This document shows positions 59,721-64,000 of a stretch of DNA of 64,000 nt, one piece after another. Position 1 is the first letter of the stretch; every line of letters begins with the position of its first letter. The notes below the pieces were generated by a model that was not told the DNA's origin, did no database searches, and saw only the letters and a list, made by a program, of their open reading frames with translations. Origin of the DNA: Planctomycetia bacterium. Lineage in GTDB: Bacteria; Planctomycetota; Planctomycetia; Pirellulales; UBA1268. Position numbers and translations under genes: made by a program. The DNA lies in NCBI GenBank assembly GCA_046074725.1, contig JBJTOU010000056.1, forward strand, positions 1 through 64,000, written 5' to 3'.

Positions 59721-61462
59721 GCGGCGGGGCTTCGGGACCGTACACTTCCAGTTCCACCACCCCAGTGAGCCGCGGGATGCCGAGCAAGCCATCGCAGCCG
59801 GAACCGGTGCCGGCCAACGCCGACGCCGCGACGGAATCCCCTGCCCGCGGCCGCGGTCCACGGCCGGGCGATACGGTGCGAAATCCACTGGGATTCGGCC
59901 GGGAGACGATCGAATCGATCGTCGTGGCATTCACGCTGGCGCTGCTCTTCCGCGCCTTCGAGGCGGAGGCCTTCGTGATCCCGACGGGCTCCATGGCCCC
60001 AACGCTCATGGGCCGCCACAAGGATCTTCTCTGCGAGTCGTGTCGCATGCCCTACCGCGTCGGCTGTAGCGCCGAGGCGGATGATCCGACGAGGATCGTG
60101 CCGGCATCGAAATGCCCCAACTGCGGGCTCGTCATGGATCTGGTGCGTCGCCGTGGCGGTGGCGTCGAGTATGACCCTCGCTATCCCTCCTTCAGCGGTG
60201 ACCGGATTCTCGTCAACAAGTTCGCGTACGACATCGCCGAGCCGAGGCGATGGGACGTGGTCGTCTTCCGCTATCCGGAAGATGCGAAAACGAACTACAT
60301 CAAGCGTCTCATCGGGCTGCCGGGCGAGACCGTGACGATTGCCGGCGGGGACGTGTGGATCGCCCGTGATGGCGGAACGCCCCGGATCGCCCGCAAGCCC
60401 CTCGCGACGATGCAGGCGATGCTTCAGTGCGTGCACGACAGCCGCCATGTCTCGCAGAATCTGCTCGAGGCCGGATGGCCGACGGCATGGACCGACTGGT
60501 CGGCGGCCGACCGCGGACAAGCCGGCTGGCGATCGGACGACGGCGGCCGCTCGTTCAGCGTGGACACCACCGCCTCCGGCGGATCGGCGACGCTTCGCTT
60601 TCGGAACATGCTGCCGAGCATCGAACAGTGGTCGGCCGTCAAGGCGGGCGAGCCGCTGATCGGTGCCGTGAAGGGAAAACTCATCACCGATGTTCAGCCC
60701 TACAACACGCAGCCCGCGAAGCCGCACTGGGTGCGCGACATCGCCATCGAGGCGGTCGTGGAAAGCCGCGGCGAGACGGGCACCGTGATCTTCGAACTGG
60801 TCGATGGGGGCGGGCGGCACCGCTGTGAGTTCGATCTCAAAACCGGAGGCGCGATCCTTACGCCGGCCGGCCGCGACGGCGGTGACCAGCCGCTGGCCAG
60901 CACCGCCGTTTTCGGCACCGGCTCGTGGAAGATTCTCTTCGCGAACGTCGATGACGAACTGGCGGTGTTCGTCGATGGACTCCCAGTGGCGTTCAGCCGG
61001 AGGGTCACGTGGGACGAGCCGATCGACGCCTCGATCGGCATGGAGCCGAGCGAGATACCGGTCGAACCCGGTGATTCCACGCCGAGCGACCTGTCGCCGG
61101 TCGGAATCACGGTGGCCGAGGCGAACGTTCGGGTGGGCGACCTGCGGGTGCTTCGAGACGTGCACTATCTGGCCATCGAGTCCGGGAGCCGCTCCGGCGA
61201 GTTTGCGGAGCGGCCTCGGATCGATTTTCCGCTCGAGTCCGGCCAGTACTTCGTGCTCGGCGACAACTCGGCGGCAAGCAAGGACAGCCGCCTCTGGAAC
61301 GACGGCCACCATGTCGATCGCCACCTGCTGATCGGCAAGGCCATGCTCGTTTTCTGGCCGCATGCCGTGCCGGCATCCTGGGCGGTGCCGGTGAAAATTG
61401 CAGGCGTTGAGCTGCGATTGCCCTCGTGGCCGAACTTCGCGAGGATGCGGTTCGTCCGGTAG
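59717..61462 (+). CDS. lepB: Signal peptidase I (S26 family), unusually long, with a CxxC...CxxC insert
   Basis: IPTGSMAPTL (catalytic Ser box), GDRILVNKFAY, YIKRLIGLPGETV (Lys box), YFVLGDNSAASKDSR and GKAMLVFWP. The start is TTG 59717 (overlapping the upstream stop) or ATG 59777. Confidence 0.85.
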   Translation: MSGGASGPYTSSSTTPVSRGMPSKPSQPEPVPANADAATESPARGRGPRPGDTVRNPLGFGRETIESIVVAFTLALLFRAFEAEAFVIPTGSMAPTLMGRHKDLLCESCRMPYRVGCSAEADDPTRIVPASKCPNCGLVMDLVRRRGGGVEYDPRYPSFSGDRILVNKFAYDIAEPRRWDVVVFRYPEDAKTNYIKRLIGLPGETVTIAGGDVWIARDGGTPRIARKPLATMQAMLQCVHDSRHVSQNLLEAGWPTAWTDWSAADRGQAGWRSDDGGRSFSVDTTASGGSATLRFRNMLPSIEQWSAVKAGEPLIGAVKGKLITDVQPYNTQPAKPHWVRDIAIEAVVESRGETGTVIFELVDGGGRHRCEFDLKTGGAILTPAGRDGGDQPLASTAVFGTGSWKILFANVDDELAVFVDGLPVAFSRRVTWDEPIDASIGMEPSEIPVEPGDSTPSDLSPVGITVAEANVRVGDLRVLRDVHYLAIESGSRSGEFAERPRIDFPLESGQYFVLGDNSAASKDSRLWNDGHHVDRHLLIGKAMLVFWPHAVPASWAVPVKIAGVELRLPSWPNFARMRFVR

Positions 61463-61485
61463 GGCGTTTTGCCCCAGGAGGAACC

Positions 61486-62220
61486 ATGCCCCTGTTGTCC
61501 GCCGAAGGGCTCGCGAAGACCTATGGCCGCCGTCGTGTTGTCGATGGCGTGTCGTTCCATGTCGAGCAGGGGGAGATCGTCGGCCTGCTGGGCCCCAACG
61601 GCGCCGGGAAGACGACCAGTTTCCGGATGACCTGTGGCCTCGTGATGCCCGATGACGGCCGGGTGCTCCTCGACGACGAAGAGATCACCCACTGGCCGAT
61701 GTTCAAGCGGTCGCGGGATGGTGGCATGGGCTACCTCGCCCAGGAGCAGAGCGTGTTCCGCAAGCTCACGGTCGAGCAGAACCTGCTGGCCATCATGGAG
61801 CTGATCGGCATGCTGCCGAAGGAGCGTCGCCGCCGGTGCGAGGAGCTGCTCGAGCAGTTCGACATCGTGAAGATCCGCAAGTCGAAGGCCCACTACATCT
61901 CCGGCGGTGAGAAGCGGCGGCTGGAGATCGCCCGCTGCCTCGTCACCGAGCCGCGGATCATCCTGCTCGACGAGCCGTTCACGGGCATCGATCCGGTCAC
62001 GATCCATTCGATCCAGAAGATCATCCGGGGCCTTCGGGACGACGGCATCTCGATCTTGATCACGGACCACCGTGAGCGGGAGACCTTGGCGATCACCGAC
62101 CGCAGTTATGTCGTCCGCGCCGGCAAGGTGCTCTGCCACGGCACGGCGCAGGAAGTTCTCAACAACCCCGACGCCAAAAAGTACTACTTCGGCGAAAGCC
62201 CGGGGATCGAGGCGGCGTGA
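61486..62220 (+). CDS. lptB: LPS export ABC transporter ATP-binding protein
   Basis: GLLGPNGAGKTTSF, YLAQEQSVFRKLTVEQNL, ISGGEKRRLEIARCL and ILLDEPFTGIDP. AGGAGG lies 5 nt before the ATG. Confidence 0.9.
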   Translation: MPLLSAEGLAKTYGRRRVVDGVSFHVEQGEIVGLLGPNGAGKTTSFRMTCGLVMPDDGRVLLDDEEITHWPMFKRSRDGGMGYLAQEQSVFRKLTVEQNLLAIMELIGMLPKERRRRCEELLEQFDIVKIRKSKAHYISGGEKRRLEIARCLVTEPRIILLDEPFTGIDPVTIHSIQKIIRGLRDDGISILITDHRERETLAITDRSYVVRAGKVLCHGTAQEVLNNPDAKKYYFGESPGIEAA

Positions 62221-62224
62221 GCGT

Positions 62225-62506
62225 TCACTCGCCTGAGAACTGGCGGCGCATCGAGATGCTCTTGAGGGCGAGCACCGAGCCGACCGACATCAGGGCAAGC
62301 CCGAGCCAGCGTGGCGGATGCACCACCTTGCGGCCCGGGGCGTTTTGCCACATCGCCGTCTGCTGTTGGGCCGCCGCCGGTCGGCCCATTTGCGTGGCGA
62401 TGAAGCGGCTCGATTTCTCGCTGAGCGTGAACGACTCAACCAAGCGAAACTGGACGCCCGCAAAGAAGAGCAACAGACCGACGAGCAACAGGTGATGCCG
62501 TTTCAT
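62225..62506 (-). CDS. Hypothetical small membrane protein
   Basis: MKRHHLLLVGLLLFFAGVQF...WLGLALMSVGSVLAL has two TM helices. No recognised family. Confidence 0.3.
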   Translation of the reverse strand: MKRHHLLLVGLLLFFAGVQFRLVESFTLSEKSSRFIATQMGRPAAAQQQTAMWQNAPGRKVVHPPRWLGLALMSVGSVLALKSISMRRQFSGE

Positions 62507-62647
62507 GGGGCATGCAGCCGCCGCGGGATGCGGGCGACTTTCTCCTTGCCCTCGGTATCGAGCCGGCGGCCCGTCCGGCTTCAACGCCGGCAGGTTGTGA
62601 CGATTGACCCGATCACGCGGCCCGGCCTGGGAGGCCGGCGGCGTGGA

Positions 62648-63910
62648 CTACCGGGCGATCGCGACGGCGACCGCCTGGCCTGTCGAGCAGAGGTTGACGG
62701 AGATCGCCGACGGGGGGCGTCCCGCCAGGGGGCTGCCGTGGACGACGTTGACCGGACAGAGCGGGTCGGGCTTTTCGTAGTTGAGTGTGGCCGGCACGAG
62801 GCCGCGTTCGAGGCCGAGGACGCTCGCCACGAGTTCGACCACTCCGCCCCCGGCGCCTAGGTGGCCGAAGCTGCTTTTGGGGGCGGTGACGGGCGTGTCG
62901 CCTAGGACGGCGGCGATCGCCGCCGCTTCAGCCCGGTCCATATCGACGGTGCTCACGCCGTGCGCGTTGACGTGGCCCACGTCGTGGGGCGAGAGCGCGG
63001 CTGATTCCAGGACGGCGCGGAGGGCCAGCCGCAGCGATTCGCCGGTGAACTTTCTGCGGAGCGTCGCCGCCTCGCACCGGGCCGCCGTGGCGAGGAGCCG
63101 GCCCCGGATCGTGCCGCCGCGCCGTTCGGCATGGGCACGCGATTCGAGAATGATCGCGCCGGCCCCCTCGCCGTTGACGAGTCCATCGCGGTCGAGGTCG
63201 AACGGCCGCGATGCTTTGCGGAAGTCGTCGGCCCGGTGGGAGAGCAGGGCATCGCCGCGGGCGACGAGCGCCGTCGGATGGAGCCGGCAGCCGGTGCCGC
63301 CGACGAGCATGATGTCGGCCCAGCCGCGCTCGATCACGCTGGCCGCCTCAGCCACGGCCAGCAGGCCTGAAACGTCGCCAAGGACGATCGAGTTGTTGGG
63401 GCCGCGGGCGTCGTGAGCGATGGCGATGTGGGAGGCGGTCATGTTGGGGAGGTGCTTGAGCAGCCACAGCGGATGCACCTCCTCGTGGATCGCCTCGGAC
63501 CATGCCTGGAAGTCGAACTGTCCGTCACGGCGTGACCGTCGGTAGGTCGATTCGAGATCCTCGAGATCCGCATAGATCATGTCGTTGCCGAAGGCCACGC
63601 CGAACCGTTCCGGTTCGAGGCTTCCCTCGGTGATGCCGGCATCGGCGATGGCGAGGTCGGCGGCGGCGAAGCCGAGCTGGATCTCACGGCTCATGACCTT
63701 GAGGCTCTTGCGCGGCCGCACGTAGAGCTTGGGATCGAAATCCGGAATCTGGCCGCCGAACTTCACCTTCAAGGAACTGGCGTCGAAGAGATCGACGAGA
63801 CGAATGCCGCTCTCACCGGAGGCCAGAGACTGCCAGAACGGGCCCGTTCCGATCCCGATCGGGCTGACCACTCCCATGCCCGTGATGACGATGTCTGGCG
63901 AGACGCTCAT
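62648..63910 (-). CDS. Beta-ketoacyl-ACP synthase II-like protein (FabF family fold) lacking the catalytic cysteine
   Basis: MSVSPDIVITGMGVVSPIG, VNAHGVSTVDMDRAE (His1) and KSSFGHLGAGGG (His2). At the position of the FabF TACTSG nucleophile the sequence is LGDVSG (Asp). Confidence 0.85.
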   Translation of the reverse strand: MSVSPDIVITGMGVVSPIGIGTGPFWQSLASGESGIRLVDLFDASSLKVKFGGQIPDFDPKLYVRPRKSLKVMSREIQLGFAAADLAIADAGITEGSLEPERFGVAFGNDMIYADLEDLESTYRRSRRDGQFDFQAWSEAIHEEVHPLWLLKHLPNMTASHIAIAHDARGPNNSIVLGDVSGLLAVAEAASVIERGWADIMLVGGTGCRLHPTALVARGDALLSHRADDFRKASRPFDLDRDGLVNGEGAGAIILESRAHAERRGGTIRGRLLATAARCEAATLRRKFTGESLRLALRAVLESAALSPHDVGHVNAHGVSTVDMDRAEAAAIAAVLGDTPVTAPKSSFGHLGAGGGVVELVASVLGLERGLVPATLNYEKPDPLCPVNVVHGSPLAGRPPSAISVNLCSTGQAVAVAIAR

Positions 63911-64000
63911 GCAAGCACCCTCAACGACGGCTGGTCCTGCCGAAAGTGGCGGGGTCCGCGTGGCCCCGTCAGCGGTGGGGAGGATGCTCCTGCCGCCATT

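Noticed and set aside
57669-59930. 753-aa ORF spanning the rnhB-like gene, the trmH-like gene and the tlpA-like region
   Set aside because: Only its last 324 codons (from ATG 58643) look like a real protein. The upstream part is Arg/Pro/Ala-rich, and it overlaps a well-supported SpoU methyltransferase in another frame and a TlpA-like gene on the other strand.

Overview
High-GC bacterial chromosomal segment. The gene content (LpxI, PQQ-like beta-propeller proteins, unusually long RseP and LepB, a Ser/Thr kinase, many genes without a clear Shine-Dalgarno) suggests Planctomycetota, but that is inference only. All calls come from reading the ORF translations against remembered family motifs; no searches were run.

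Positions 1-24.1 kb form a Wzx/Wzy-type surface-polysaccharide locus, arranged as two divergent units that meet at 14.21 kb.
- Minus unit: CapI-like epimerase, WbpA-like, WbpB-like, a fused WbpD-WbpE, Wzx, a methyltransferase, a truncated 2-epimerase remnant, a lower-GC block (glycosyltransferase, DUF2334-like protein, methyltransferase), a second glycosyltransferase, a glycosyltransferase remnant, and AsnB-like amidotransferase.
- Plus unit: PHP-type Tyr phosphatase, a secreted hypothetical protein, a terminator, Wza, Wzc, an O-antigen-ligase-like/TPR protein, and a WbpM/CapD-like dehydratase.

The remaining 40 kb is mostly housekeeping: bioD, feoAB, galT-like, peroxiredoxin, dgkA, hisI, queD-like, hemB, mog, cysD/cysNC, an FeS-type photolyase, a sigma-70 factor, lpxD/lpxI, ftsH, dxr, rseP, a GGDEF protein, a Ser/Thr kinase, lepA, a ROK kinase, cytochrome c peroxidase, sixA, trmH-like, lepB and lptB, plus a FabF-like ketosynthase (KS).

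I saw no rRNA, tRNA, CRISPR array, transposase/integrase or recognisable defence system.

The observations least explained by ordinary annotation are:
1. A 90-nt hairpin-forming element present as two direct copies bracketing cysNC.
2. A mosaic, partly decayed polysaccharide locus with lower GC and two gene remnants.
3. Two divergent gene pairs whose start codons interlock or overlap.
4. A FabF-like ketosynthase whose catalytic Cys is replaced by Asp.

I found no convincing complete novel multi-gene system.
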